Positions 40,079 to 53,119 of a stretch of DNA of 64,000 bases are shown here, piece by piece. Within the stretch, counting starts at the first letter, position 1. Every line of letters starts with the position of its first letter. This DNA is from Octopus sinensis (Eukaryota). The DNA is taken from contig NC_042998.1 in the NCBI RefSeq assembly GCF_006345805.1, forward strand, positions 87,544,001 to 87,608,000. Direction: 5' to 3'. The notes beneath the pieces were generated by a model. The model was given only the letters and a program-made list of their open reading frames with translations, was not told the DNA's origin and searched no databases. Position numbers and translations under genes: made by a program.

Positions 40079-41400
40079 CGAAGGCAATTCAACCTCAATC
40101 CAGCTGGAATCAAACACAATTACACGAAGGAAAAGATAAAAAGAGAGTATCTGCAGTGAATGAGAAAGACATTGGTTTCAAAGCTAAATGCCAGAAACAT
40201 AATTTCGGCAATAAATTCACGCACAGTCGCAGGAGTTCGGTATGAAGCTGGAATCCTGAAGTAGACAAAAGAAGAACTAAAGGAGATGAACAGGAAGTCA
40301 AGAAGGCTTCTAATGACGCATGGTGCCCATCATCCATATGCCGACACTGATCACCTATACAGGAAGAGAGCAAATTGAGAAATTGAGAAATAGCCGATAA
40401 GTGTGGAAGACTGCGTGCGTATCGAACTCGAGTGCTTAATGAGATATCTAGGCCAATGTAAGGAAACCTTGCTAGTGACAGTTAGGAACAAGGTAGTATT
40501 GAAATCAGAGATAGAAGTAAAAACAAAGAAGATGTGCAAAAAGGACATGAAGAAGAATTACACAACAAGGGACAACGCAATCAATTCCATGTAGCCACAA
40601 CAGAAGTTGCTTGGAAAAATGGGTGGGATTGGCCAATGAAAGGAACACTAAAAAAAGGAAACCGATAGCACTAAACTGGCAGCGCAAGACCAAACTTTGG
40701 CCAGGACCTGGAGGGTCAATCTTTGGAATGTGCAAGTGTCTCCGCTGTGCCGCATCTGCAATAGAGAGGACGAAATCATTACCGTCATTACGAACGAATG
40801 CTCTAGACTTGCTCAAAGCCATTACAAGTTGTGGCGACACGATTAGGTAGCGAAAGTGCAACATTGGAAACTGCGAAAAGTGGGGACTAAAGATTGGCAA
40901 GACTTGGTATGAGCAGAAACCGGTGGAGCTGGAAACTACCGAAATCCTCTGGGATTTTCCAATCCAAGCAGATCAGGTGCTAGAGCATAATGACCGGAGC
41001 TAGTGGTGGTGGACAAGGTTCACCACATATGCTATATAGCTGATGTTGCATGCCCCTTTGACCCACGAATAGTCAAGAAGGAAGGCGAAAAAATAGATTA
41101 ATACAACCCTCTTAAGTACAGAATAGCCCGGCTACGGAAAATGAAGAAGGTGAAGATAGTGCCAATTATTGTTGGGTCCTTGGGAACAATATCAGAAGGC
41201 ATCAAGGAGAATATAAAGGAAATTGGAATAGAGTGCCCAGTAGAACTGTTACAAAAGTTTTGCTTCGTTGGCACAGCCAGAATAATCAGAAAAGTATTAG
41301 GTAGCCGAAAAGAATAGATAGCATGGTACCGTAGGCTGCAGATAGCAATCCCGCTACTAATGTAAGATTCCAAGAGCTCCAACAAAACCTGTGATAAAGA
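40079..41400 (+). mobile_element. R4/Dong fragment (copy 2), starting in the (AAT) tail of copy 1
   Basis: Nucleotide similarity to 51843-53048 from aaggcaattc.acctcaatccagct onward; frameshifted C-terminal and RLE region. Confidence 0.85.
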
Positions 41401-41756
41401 GATACTGTCAATATTATCAATTCAATAATACAACCCAAACAAAAGATTCCACGAACACAAGACACACTTTTATAAAGTAAATATCCAATAAAATAAACGA
41501 CCACCAACAAGGCCGACACGTAACGGAAGAACACAACTCGCATTACAAACACAACGTACAAAACACAATACAAAAACCAATACAACAAAAGAACGCAACC
41601 ACACCCTATAACAAAACAAACTGACGCAATAAAGTACTGTGAAAAGTCTGCACTTCCCCAATAACAAAATGAGCACACAGTGCTGTACATACCCCAGCAA
41701 CACGGAGGTGTAGCAGGTGATTCAGTAGAAATTTGCCTGAAATTACCAAATGTTGA

Positions 41757-42271
41757 AGTGGCTCTCATAGCTTTTGATCTTAACTGATTGGAAGTGCTAT
41801 CGTGTGCATTGCTTTGTCCTGGTATAAAAGATGGGCTACAGCAAATATTCTGCTCAATGTCAGAGATTTGTTTGACCTTAACCAGTTGAGCATGTCCCTT
41901 GGTGGCTGACAATATGTGCATCTCTGATCACGAGCAGAAGTAGTGGGGTAGCATCATAGCCATGTGTTGAGAGGAATTCTTTGGGGTTTGAATAATCCAC
42001 CTCTGGAAACATGGGTGCTTTGTTCATCATCCTTAAACAAACCTTATTTAAGGGCTTTTGAGTTGAATGGATTACTCGACCAGAAGAAAATTCTAGCTGG
42101 GCCCCACTTGCAAGGTCAAGCGCTGTTTATCTTGATATGAGATCACCATATCACGCACATATGGTTGTGATGCATGTGCCTAGTGTACCCTTATCAGGCG
42201 GGTAGTCAAGATGAGTATATTGGCTTCGTATATTGTGCACCCCAGTGTCACCTTGATGGCATACACAACTC
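41757..42271 (+). mobile_element. Non-coding (AAT)n-tailed repeat, copy A
   Basis: Aligns along its length to 53119-53650; ends caactc(aat)n. Orientation inferred. Confidence 0.85.
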
Positions 42272-42616
42272 AATAACATAATAATAATTGGTATTTACGT
42301 CACAGCAGCTAAAAGACTGAAAGAGATCGGAAGTTAGTCTCGCATTGTCCACCTGCAAAGTAGCATCCTATATTCTACAAGAATCTTAAGGAGGATTTTT
42401 GAGATTTGAGGAGACTTGTTGTCCCCAAATATGAATGAAATACCTAATAACGATACTTCTAAAATTGATAATAATCTAGAGGATAAAGTATCTCTAAGAT
42501 AAATGTAGAACGTATCCAAGTAAGAGCTGGAATATAAGGCAACCAGAATCTGTGGACTGAAACAGAAACAATCTTAAGATAATAGGCGTGGTTATAAAAA
42601 TAAAATAAAGACTCAG

Positions 42617-42672
<56 letters not shown>

Positions 42673-42675
<3 letters not shown>

Positions 42676-42869
42676 ACCGCGTGTGTACCGTTGGCGATTT
42701 TTTTCCTCCGTCTTCCCTTCTTCGGATCTTTCCTTTTCCTATGTTTCTGACGAAGAGCTCCGCTCGAAACGCTAAACCCTCCTTCTTTCCTGCGCGTCCA
42801 ATAATACTATACTTGTTCCACGTCCTCGCGTTGTTGTGTTTTCACTCTGTGTTTTCATGTTGGATTAGC
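42673..42869 (+). mobile_element. Short element inserted in a TA/TG microsatellite and carrying a hammerhead motif (Penelope pLTR-like)
   Basis: Non-repetitive ~200-bp island between (TA)(TG)n and (TA)n containing the hammerhead core. Confidence 0.6.
42743..42777 (+). ncRNA. Minimal type-I hammerhead ribozyme motif, probably inactive (U16.1 to C)
   Basis: GUUU-CUGACGA-A-GAGC(UCC)GCUC-GAAAC-GCU-AAAC: stem I GUUU/AAAC and stem II GAGC/GCUC. Confidence 0.75.
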
Positions 42870-42945
<76 letters not shown>

Positions 42946-43099
42946 ATATATTATATTGCTCAAATCCCAAGAATTACACATATTTACACAACATACAGAT
43001 AGTAGCACTACTTAGTACTATAAAGAATATTTTCAATATAGTCGCTAGTAGAAAGCCAAGACAAAACACTTTGCGCCACTATGTATAGAACTGCACTTG

Positions 43100-43550
43100 G
43101 TAGTGCAATGCAAACACGCAATGAAAATATGTTATTGAAAACCATAAAACAGAATTTTTAACATGATAGGAGAAGGAAGCAGTGATGTCATGTTGTAAAT
43201 GATAGAAGCGAAAAAAGCAATGCATCGGGGACGTTGAGTATGATAGAAGGAAAAATAACAGGTGAGCGAGCAAATACCAACGATTCACATTGTAAAAGCA
43301 ATTAAAAAAATATGGAAGGTAACTGTGCAAGTAACATTATTTTACTAGGGAAATATATTACAAATGTTTATACTAGTTAGCGATCGGGCATCACGTGAAA
43401 ATAAACTAATGGAGCTGGTCAGATCAGCACCAAATCGATTCAATGAAAATTTAACAAAATTACATATAAAGTCTGCAACATTTGGCTGAAGATTAAAACA
43501 GTATGTACTTCCTTTGAATTTGATCTATTGAGACTCAAAATTCGCATAAT
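43100..43550 (+). mobile_element. Penelope-like GIY-YIG endonuclease relic
   Basis: MEGNCASNII (~CP.DG.CL.S.IIY) and YKVCNIWLKIK (~KRCNLCL.EK); heavily decayed. Confidence 0.4.
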
Positions 43551-45041
43551 ATATAGGGACACGAAGGAATACTATGTGCATGTTTTAGAATGACGATGAC
43601 GACGACGATGATGATAAGGTTAATGACGACATAATAAAAACAACAACAATAATTTTAACAGGAGTGGTAAGTTAATACCAACGCCTATAGTATTTGACCA
43701 GCACTCTATTTTATCTCACCTAAACCAAAGGAAAGGCAGGATTTTAATTCATAACATAAAGAGCCGAATGAAGTATTGCAAGAAATTTTGTTCAACGCTT
43801 TAACGATTCTGAACGTAATATAACCACAACATATTTTACGTCATAAATTTGGATGAAGAGATGACTGATCTAAAAAAAGAAGTGGCTGGTTTAAGATGAT
43901 ACAGATTAAAATTCCAAAAGACATGAGACATTGAAACATAATATTTAAAAGAAAAAATACATAGCAAAAATACAAATATACAGCGAGAAATAAAACGTAG
44001 AGTACGATGTAATACAAGAAAGTAGACCCAACACTTATAAAACAGCAAAATTTAATCATAAAGCTCATACAGATTACAAACAAGCATAAACCGAATCAGA
44101 AGAACACAATCAAAATTATGAATAAAAGGAATTTGAAAACTAAATATTCAAAGACAGAAAATTGCAAATATAAAAATATATGAAATTATAAATAATTCAA
44201 AAGTAGGAATAGTTAAATGATATCAATGGATACCATCCCTTTGGAGCAATAATAATAAAATGACGCATATATGTCTAACTAACTCGTATCTAATAAAAAC
44301 AGGCACAAACATTAATATATCGTGGCTGAATACAATACATACAATAGCCATATTTACAAAAATGAGTACACATTCACATTAACCCATAGAAGGATATCAA
44401 GACCTAAGCAAACAACGTGAGATAGAAAAATTGAGAAAATACCCAGTAAACCTTTACAGAAATCTATAATGAAAAAACCTAAGTGAAAATAAAAAGGACA
44501 AAAGATGCTACATCAATACAACATAACAAAATAGAACACCTGAAACTAGAGGCCCTTATCGAATTTCAAGGAATCCGTCGCTTTAAAATAGATGATTCTT
44601 TGAACAAAGCAGTTCGATAAGAATTTTAAAAAAAAATTAGGTTAAAAACATAACAATCTATGCAGTATTAACACCAAGAGAAGTAGAATTCCAAGGAGGA
44701 GTATGGAAATCACACAGATGAGAGTTTTAGAAATAACAAACAGAGCACTTGAGCAGAGATAATATATTTACAGGCATAGCAGATTCATAACTTGCTTATA
44801 CAGGAAATTATGCCAGAATTACAAAATACGAAAAAAGGTCTAAAAACACCCAAGAACCGATCTTGTAGAATGATTAAGCGAGGAAGGAGATTAAAACTAA
44901 TAAACCGGGTATTGTCAACAATCACATGGGAAAGAAGCGCCTCGTAACTGAAGTATTAATTTCTTTGAAGACGATACTACATCCCTAAGCTAAATGGAGA
45001 AAATATTTAGATATAAAGATCTAGAACTAGAGGCAAAAGGT

Positions 45042-45090
45042 CTTTAAGACGTCGCACTGTTTCGACCTGGTTATGTCTCTTCAGTGAAAG
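45042..45090 (-). ncRNA. Type-I hammerhead ribozyme motif with intact core
   Basis: Minus strand: CUUUCA-CUGAAGA-GAC(AUAACCAG)GUC-GAAAC-AGUGCGAC-GUC^UUAAAG. Stem I has 5/6 pairs and all invariant core bases are present. Confidence 0.75.
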
Positions 45091-46399
45091 CTACTCCAGG
45101 AACACTGAGCAAGAATTGTGGCTCTTACTTACAATTCACCAAACAAATTATTTACTGTTGCATGCTGATGTCTGTCAAACCGATAGGAATAGCAAGAGTC
45201 ATGATAACATACACATTCACTCTTAATGTGTTCTGGCAAATTCGAACGTTAATATATTGTATTTAGTATTCAGAGAACACCTCTTCTCAAACGATGTGTT
45301 CACATTCTATTCGATTCAGTGAAGTAAAGAGACTTTGAAACCACGTGGTGTCTCGACTTGGTTGTGGCTCTTTAGTTAAAGCTACCACCAGATTAATGAA
45401 TTTAAATAAGAACTTTTATATAATTTAGCAGAATATTTCTTTTTGCTAGCTTCAGTGAATCAAGTGTGTGTTGTGAACACACATCAACTGAAAAGAAAAG
45501 TTGTTCTCCGAAGACAAAATACAACAGCGGTTAGTATATTCACGACTGAATCTACCGAAACGTATAAACAATGGATATTACATTATTTATATGATTCTCG
45601 CTGTTCTCTGGGCACATGAGGAATTATCACCGGTTTGACAGACGTCAGTACGCATCAGTAAATTATCTGTTTTTTTTTAATTCATATTACAAAGAGCCAC
45701 CACTCATCTAGAAATAGAGATAATTAAAATGTGGGTATTGAAAAGAGATCTCTATAATATGAAGCGTATTAGGAATGATTAAAATATGTAGAAAATACAT
45801 AATGCAAACGCTAATACTTACATATATAAACACATCATACAGAAAAAAAAGCAGAATGTAAGGATTGGAAATAAATAATCATTGTAATATAAAGTGTACT
45901 ACGAATAATTAAAATGATGCAGACAAATATATATCTTAAATTCCAATATTTACGCTTAAGCACAACGCACAGAAAACTACGACCGGCACAATATACATAT
46001 CGCATAGAGTTATTTCAGTGCATCAGAAAAGCAAAACAACACACTGCTTGTACTCAAAGGCGTTCAAAGTTACGCATGGTCGTTAGAGAAAATTAGGCGA
46101 TTGGAAATAATTATTAAATCATTTCTTTATTTGTTGTAAGGGCGTTGAATGGGGAGAGTTAACAACGAAAGAAAATTGAAATAGTGAGAGCAACGAAGAA
46201 GCCCTATTAAGTTGATAATTAAGGGCTAATACCCTCTTTCAACTGTGTTCTCTGTCCTATATATGCATGCTCAGATCAGTTACATTCATTGCGCTTTACA
46301 CGCCAGTGTCATCCACATTTAACAAATTTATTGGTTAGTAGAAACATTCTATTCTTTTTATTCAACCATCATATTCATATGGTGTATGAATAAGCTAAT

Positions 46400-46940
46400 A
46401 ACAGCTTGACAGGAAGTGAAGGGCCTGTTCTCGGATATTTCAATCTGTTCTTTCGTTGAACCTCGTTCGCAATGTGCACGAGACGCGGTGGCCCAAAGAA
46501 TGCAGCAAAGTGATATCAACGGTGACTCGGTTTAAAGCCGGTTCTATCTTTCAGTGACAACAGTAGTTTGACAACTTCAGAACTCATCATTTCGAGCACT
46601 GAACGAGTGCATGCATAATGGTGTACTAATCCCCCAGGACATCTTGGACAAATCTGAATTTCATCGCTTCAGTATCTGAAGTGTTTATCCCAAACCAGTT
46701 ATGTCTTTCTCACTTTCTAAAGACATCCCAGATCATGAGTTTCAAAGTCCTCGACCTGAAAGTAGTTTGGAATATACTATTCGGTTGATGAACATCTACG
46801 TCTAGAGTCTCGCAGCCTATCACAAAATCACTATTGAATGAAATGATTGATATTGCACTGGTCGTGTTTTTAGATTGGTAGAAAAATGATTGCGGCCAAC
46901 GACATGACAAGCACCGAATCTTGATCTTTTTTTGACTCAA
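46400..46940 (-). mobile_element. Possible L1/Tx1-type apurinic endonuclease relic
   Basis: IKIRCLSCRW (~KIG.LNVRG), LDVDV..IFQTTF (~DV..LQETH) and GD*YTIM (~GDWN.IL); very degenerate. Confidence 0.3.
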
Positions 46941-47864
46941 GACTGCATCTCTGTTAAAGAAATGAAATGTGAGGAATGAGCCTCCCTAAAAAAATGCTGT
47001 TTCAACCACATTTATCGAAACCACATGGTTGAAACAGGTATAATGTGATGCCACTAATAAAAACTACGTGTATGGATATATGTATATGTATCGTTAGTTT
47101 ATATATATATATACATATATACACGCACTTTAAATATATATGGGAAATAGGTATTACTTTTTGTTATTAATATTACTTCTGTCGTTATTAATTATTTTTT
47201 GATAAGCCCGCTGGATATTTGCAACATCAGTCACTGAACAGTCACTGATATTCTATATATCCTTGACATGGTAATCGGCCACTATTGCTGTTGACAAGCC
47301 TAAGGAAGAGCGAAATCACTTGATCTGGCGGTTCCGGCTGCCGTAGCTGACTGTGTTGCCCGCCAGCCATATAAACATGAGTGCTTTTATGTACCACGTG
47401 TCCACATGAGAGATCTTCTCATGGTAAATAATGTAGTACTCTGTGTTTTAACACAACATCCACTTTAAGTGCGCGATAACTATTATCTTTTGGTATTAAT
47501 ACTATGAATACAGGCTCTGTCGGTATTAATTATATATATATACTTTAACAAGGGTAGTATTGGTACTGACTTCGGAGTTCTGCGATGATGGTTTAGCTGG
47601 GCGAATCTTCGAAGTCACTGTCAACACTATTCTTTTTAAAGAATAATGAATTTGTACTTTGCGAAAAGTATTAAGTGATCCTCCAAATTATTGTTTTTGT
47701 TATATCATAAAAACAAACATTAACACGCGCGCACACACACATGTATGTACGTATCGCTTGAAAAAAGTAAGACCTATCACAAAAATGGCTAGTCGTTGCC
47801 TTTGCATGTGTGGGACTTTCGATCAGGTGATGGCAATCATCGAACAGTGATAGGTTACTCGATG

Positions 47865-50350
47865 AGAGACATATAGATAGTCTCAAAGAAGGTAATAAAA
47901 CTAATGGTGACATGACAGATAGGCAAAAGGCAACCTACGACAGAATAATGGCAAGGCTACAGGAGAACGATAGCAACATTATTTGCAACCTTAAAAAAGG
48001 TTGATCGGTGGAAATTGAACCAAGAAACGAAAAACTCGAATGAAATTCTGAAATACATAAGAACAAAAAAAAAAACATTACAGAAACAAATCATTTGATC
48101 AAAGCAGCAAGTATAGTTGTAGCAGAAAACGTGTATGTTGATGTCAAGAAAAAGAAATATAATGGGAGTGACAAAAGAAAAGATCCATAAGAGAAAAATA
48201 GAATACAGGCGGGCTTAGACATGCTCTCAAAGGACATTTCTGTGTTAGACCGAAAAGAGAAAGGGGAACTTAAAAGCGAACAAATCTACAGAACACTGAA
48301 CAAGAAGTATGATATTGAAAGAAAGGGCCTGAAAGTGATAATGGAGGAACTGAAACAGCACCTCGTTGCAAAGAAAGCAAAGATGAAGGGATATGACCAA
48401 AGAATGAAGGGATACTAGCAAAAGAGGTTATTCAGAGTAGATCAGAAGAGATTCTACAAAGAAATAAATGGAGAGTGTACAGATGAAAAGTTGATACCAG
48501 ATAACATTGAAACTCAAAGGTTTTGGAATGACATCTGGAGCAAAGACAAGGAGCACAAGAAGGATGCTGAATGGTTGCAAGAACTGAAACAAACAGTAGT
48601 CTGCCCAACACAAGTAGAACTAGTAATTTCAGTTAGGGAAGTGAAGGAAATCAGCCAAAACAAAAACAAAACAAAAAAAAGTAAATAAATAAAAAATGGT
48701 TCACCGGAAAGTTCCGGGACCAGATGGAATTCAAGGCTACTGGATCAAAAGATTTGGTGAATGCCATGCACAAATAGCTGCCCAACTCAACACCTTGTTA
48801 AATACCGACCAAGTAACACCAGAGTGGTTGACGATGAGTAGGACAGTTCTGTGCTTGAAAAACATCGAAAAAGGCAATACGGTAGAAAATTACCGTATTA
48901 TATCCTGCTTGCCACTTATGTGGAAATTATTGACTGTGATAGTCTCAGAGTCAATGTACGGACATCTAGAAAATTGGAGTCTTGCCACATGAGCAGAAGG
49001 GTTGCAAGGGTAAGTGTAGAAGTACCAAGGATCAACTCCTGATAGAAAACCTGTACTTAGAGACTACAAGAGGAGGATAACTAACTTGGCCATGTTATGG
49101 ATCGATTATCGTAAAGCGTACGATATGATCCCACATTCTTGGATTATGGAAAGTATGAATCTGTTTGGTATTGTATCGAATGTTGAGCGATTGCTTGGAA
49201 AAAGTATGGCGAAGTGGAGTACGGATCTGACAGCATATGGAAGAAGTTTAGGGACAATAAAAATCAGGAGAGGTATTTTCTAAGGGGACTGTCTGTCCCC
49301 TCTGATATTTGTACTGTGCATGATACCACTGACACCGATTCTGAAGAAAGCAAAGGCTGCCAACAAAAAACTGCCAACAAAAAGTCAACCACTTGTTTTT
49401 TATGGATGACCTCAAACATTATGATAAAGATGAATCCCAAGTCAGTTCCGTCGTTGATACGGTGTATAGTTTCAGTGCTGATATCAGAATGGAGCTCGGA
49501 CAGAAAAAAGTGTGGTGTATTAGTCTTGAAGAGGGGGCAAAATCAAATGTATAGACGGGCTAGCGATAAAATGACAGAAAAATTTAATGTGGAATACTTG
49601 CGCAGATTGAGACTGATCCTTAAGTCGAAATTAAACGGACGGAATAAGATCGAAGCTATCAACATCTGAGCGGTTTCACTCCTGAGATATGGAACAGGGG
49701 TAATCGCATGGACAGTAGACGAACTAAACAACTTAGACAGAAAGACAAGGAAGTTGTAGACGAGATATGGGATACACCACTGAAAAAATGACACAGACAG
49801 ACTGTATGTACCAAGAAAAAGCGGGGAAAGAGGACTGATGGGATGCCAACACAGCGTTAGAGCATAAGAAAACAACGTAGCGTGGTATATAAAAAATGCC
49901 ACAGAACCGCTATTATTGGAAGTAAGAACGTCAGGCTTGTGTAGGATAGAAATTTGCAAAGATAAAGCACTGTACAAACTCTTGAGAATGAATGAAAATG
50001 AAAATATATGAATAAAGAAAAGAATGCATGGACAGTTTCATAGGGATGTTGAAGATAAGACAGATAGAAAAAAAGATGGCTATGTATGACTAAAAGTGAT
50101 GTAAAACCGGGAACGGAGGCTCTAATCTGTGATGTCCGAGAGCAAGCATTGAGAACCAATTACATCAAATACAGAATAGACAACACATCAGAAAGTGTTA
50201 AGTGTAGAATTTGTGCAGAAAATGGTGAAACCGTATGACATATTACCAGCCAATGTACGCCGTTAGCCCAGAAAGAATATAAGAGATGTCATGACAATAT
50301 AGCAAGGCTTTTCCATTGGACACTTAGCAACAAGTATGGACTTGACAGAG
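47865..50350 (+). mobile_element. R4/Dong retrotransposon, long decayed copy (copy 3): N-terminal region, RT and CCHC knuckle
   Basis: PGPDGIQGYWIK, NYRIISCLPLMWKLLT, WIDYRKAYDMIPHSWI, RRGIF*GDCLSPL, LFFMDDLK and CRICAENGETV*HITSQC; many frameshifts. Confidence 0.93.
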
Positions 50351-50352
50351 TA

Positions 50353-50673
50353 TATGTTGAGAGGAATTTTAAGGGGTTTGAATAATTCACCTATGGGAAC
50401 ACGGGTGTTTCGTTCATCATCCTTAAACAACACTTATTAAAGGACCTTTTGGTCGGTATGGGTCACTCGACCTGAAGAAAATTCTAACTGGGCCCCACCA
50501 GCAAGGTCATGAGTAGTTTATCTTGATATGAGATCACCATGTCACGCACATGTGGTTGTGATGCATGTGCCTGGTGTACACTTATCAGGCAGGGAGTCAT
50601 GATGGGTGTACTGAACTTCGTATATTTTATCCAAGTGTCACTTTGATGGCATGCACTACTCTCTCACTCACTC
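50353..50673 (+). mobile_element. Non-coding (AAT)n-tailed repeat, copy B (left-truncated)
   Basis: Matches the right ~60% of 53119-53650; followed by (AAT)24 at 50674-50745. Confidence 0.85.
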
Positions 50674-50745
<72 letters not shown>

Positions 50746-50747
<2 letters not shown>

Positions 50748-51222
50748 GAGAAAGCAACCATACTCTGGGATATGCCGATACACACAGATAGAGAAATTAA
50801 GGCCAACAGACCAGATATAGTTGTCAGAGACCATGAAGAAAAAAAATGCTTTTTAATTGATGTATCAATACCGGCTGATGACAACGTGTCTCTAAAAGAA
50901 ATGGAGAAACTCTCAAAATACAAAGACCTGGAAATGGAGGTAACTAGAATGTGGAATCTGAAAACAGAAACAATTCCTATCATAGTAGGTGCATTAGGCA
51001 TGATAAAAAAATATTTAAACAAATACATAACAAAAACACCAGGACTTACAAACACATATAACATACAGAAAATTGCACTACTAAGCACTGCACACATCCT
51101 ACGCAGAACACTTTCCATACAATAACCATCAGAGCATCACAACAAATCACAGCACATACCCAAGACACTCAGAGCTGCGCTCGGTAGTGAAGTGAAAGCA
51201 CGCTATAAAAATAAAACTACTG
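50746..51222 (+). mobile_element. R4/Dong 3' end with intact RLE frame and 3' UTR (copy 3b)
   Basis: EKATILWDMPIHTDREIKANRPDIVV..LIDVSIP..KLSKYKDL (PD-(D/E)xK) is open to the stop at 51125; ends in (AAT)n. Confidence 0.93.
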
Positions 51223-51242
51223 AATAATAATAATAATAACAA

Positions 51243-51457
51243 CCCTTTCTACTATAAACACAAGGCCTGAAATTTTGTGGGAGTGGACTAGTTGATTATA
51301 TTGACCCTAGTGTTTCACTGGTACTTATTTTATCGACTTCGAAAGGATGAAAGGCGAAGTCGACCCCGCCGGACTTTGAACTCAGATCGTGAAGATAAAC
51401 GAAATGTCGCTAAGCATTTTACTCGGCGTGCTAATGATTCTGCCAGCTCGCAGCCTT
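51243..51457 (-). mobile_element. Family A SINE
   Basis: The reverse complement gives aaggctgcgagctggcagaatc..gagttcaaagtccggcggggtcgacttcgcctttcatcc. Confidence 0.85.
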
Positions 51458-51459
51458 AT

Positions 51460-51606
<147 letters not shown>

Positions 51607-53048
51607 CACATGAGACAAAGTTAGGTATGACCTGGGAAGAGGTAAGGGAAAACTGAACAACTTGCTATTCATGGACGACTTGAAGTTGTTCACAGCAGAA
51701 CTGGATAGTCTAGTGCAGTCTGTGCGAATTTTCTCCAATGATATTAAGATGGAGTTTGGGCTCTCAAAATGTGCTACGATTGTGATGAGACGAGGAAAGT
51801 TTGTTTGGACAGAAGGCATAGGTTTGCCAAGTGGTGAAATGATGAAGGCAATTCGACCTCAATCCAGCTATAGATACCCAAGAATACTTGATCCAGATAG
51901 AATTAAACACAACATGAAGGAAAAGACAAAAAGAGATTACCTGCGGCGAGTGAGAAAAATACTGGCTTCAAAGCTGAATGCCAGAAACATAATTTCGGCA
52001 ATAAACTTGTGCGTAGTCGAAGTAGTTCGGTATGGCGCTGGAATCCTAAAGTGGACAGAGATGGAGCTAAAGGAGATGGACAGGCAATTAAGAAAGCGCC
52101 TAAAAATGCATGGTGCTCATCATCTACGTGCCGATACTGATCGTCTATACATGAAGAGAGCAACTGGATAAAGAGAACTGATAAATGTGGAACACTGTGT
52201 ATATATCGAACTCGAGAGCTTAATGAGATACCTAGCTCAAAATAAAAAAAAAACCTTGCTAGTGACAGTTAGGAACGAGGGAGTATTGAAAGCGGAGCAA
52301 AAATGAAAAAAAGAAGGGAGAAGTACAAAAAGGACACGAACAAGGAGTACGCACCAAGGGACTATGCAATCAATTCCATGTAGCCAGAACAGAATTTGCT
52401 GGAAAAAATAGTTGCGAGTGGCTGATGAAAGAAACACTAAAAAAAACAAGAGACCGAAAGCACTATACTGACAGCGCAAGACCACGCTTTGGCCACAAAC
52501 TGGAGGGTCAATATTTAGAATGGGCAAGTGTCTCCGCTGTTCCGCATTTGTAATAGAGTGGATGCTACATTGGAAACTCTGCGAAAAGTTGGTGGCAGAG
52601 AGATGCAAGACCAGGTATGAGCACAAACTGCAGAGAGTGCCGGAGTCGGAGACTAGAAAAATCCTCTGGGATTTCCTAATCCAAACAGAACCTAGTGGTG
52701 GTGGACCAGGTGTATCACAAAATGCTATATAGTCGATGTTGCATACCCCTTTGATCCACGAATAGTCAAGAAGGAAGATGAAAAGATAGATAGATACAAT
52801 CCACTTAAGTATGAAGTAGGCCGGTTATGGAAAATGAAGAACGTGAAGATAGTGCTAATTATTGTTGGGTCCTTTGGGACAGTATCAGAAGGCACCAAGA
52901 GGAATATAGAGGAAATTGAAATAGAATGCCCTCAGAATAATCAGGAAAGTATTAGAGAGATGAAAAGAACGAATTACATGGTCTGCAGGTAGCAAGCCCG
53001 CTCCGCAGGCAAGACTCCAGGAGTTCCAACAAAACCTGCGATAAAAAG
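51607..53048 (+). mobile_element. R4/Dong fragment (copy 4), RT motif YADD-equivalent through 3' UTR
   Basis: LLFMDDLKLF, DIKMEFGLSKCA, KLNARNIISAIN..VVRYGAGILKW; same family as copy 2; ends in (AAT)~23. Confidence 0.9.
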
Positions 53049-53049
53049 A

Positions 53050-53118
<69 letters not shown>

Positions 53119-53119
<1 letters not shown>

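Noticed and set aside
41286-41921. 211-aa minus-strand ORF, the longest in the track
   Set aside because: It spans three unrelated pieces (non-coding repeat, eroded AAT tail, Dong 3' UTR); the lack of stops is compositional.
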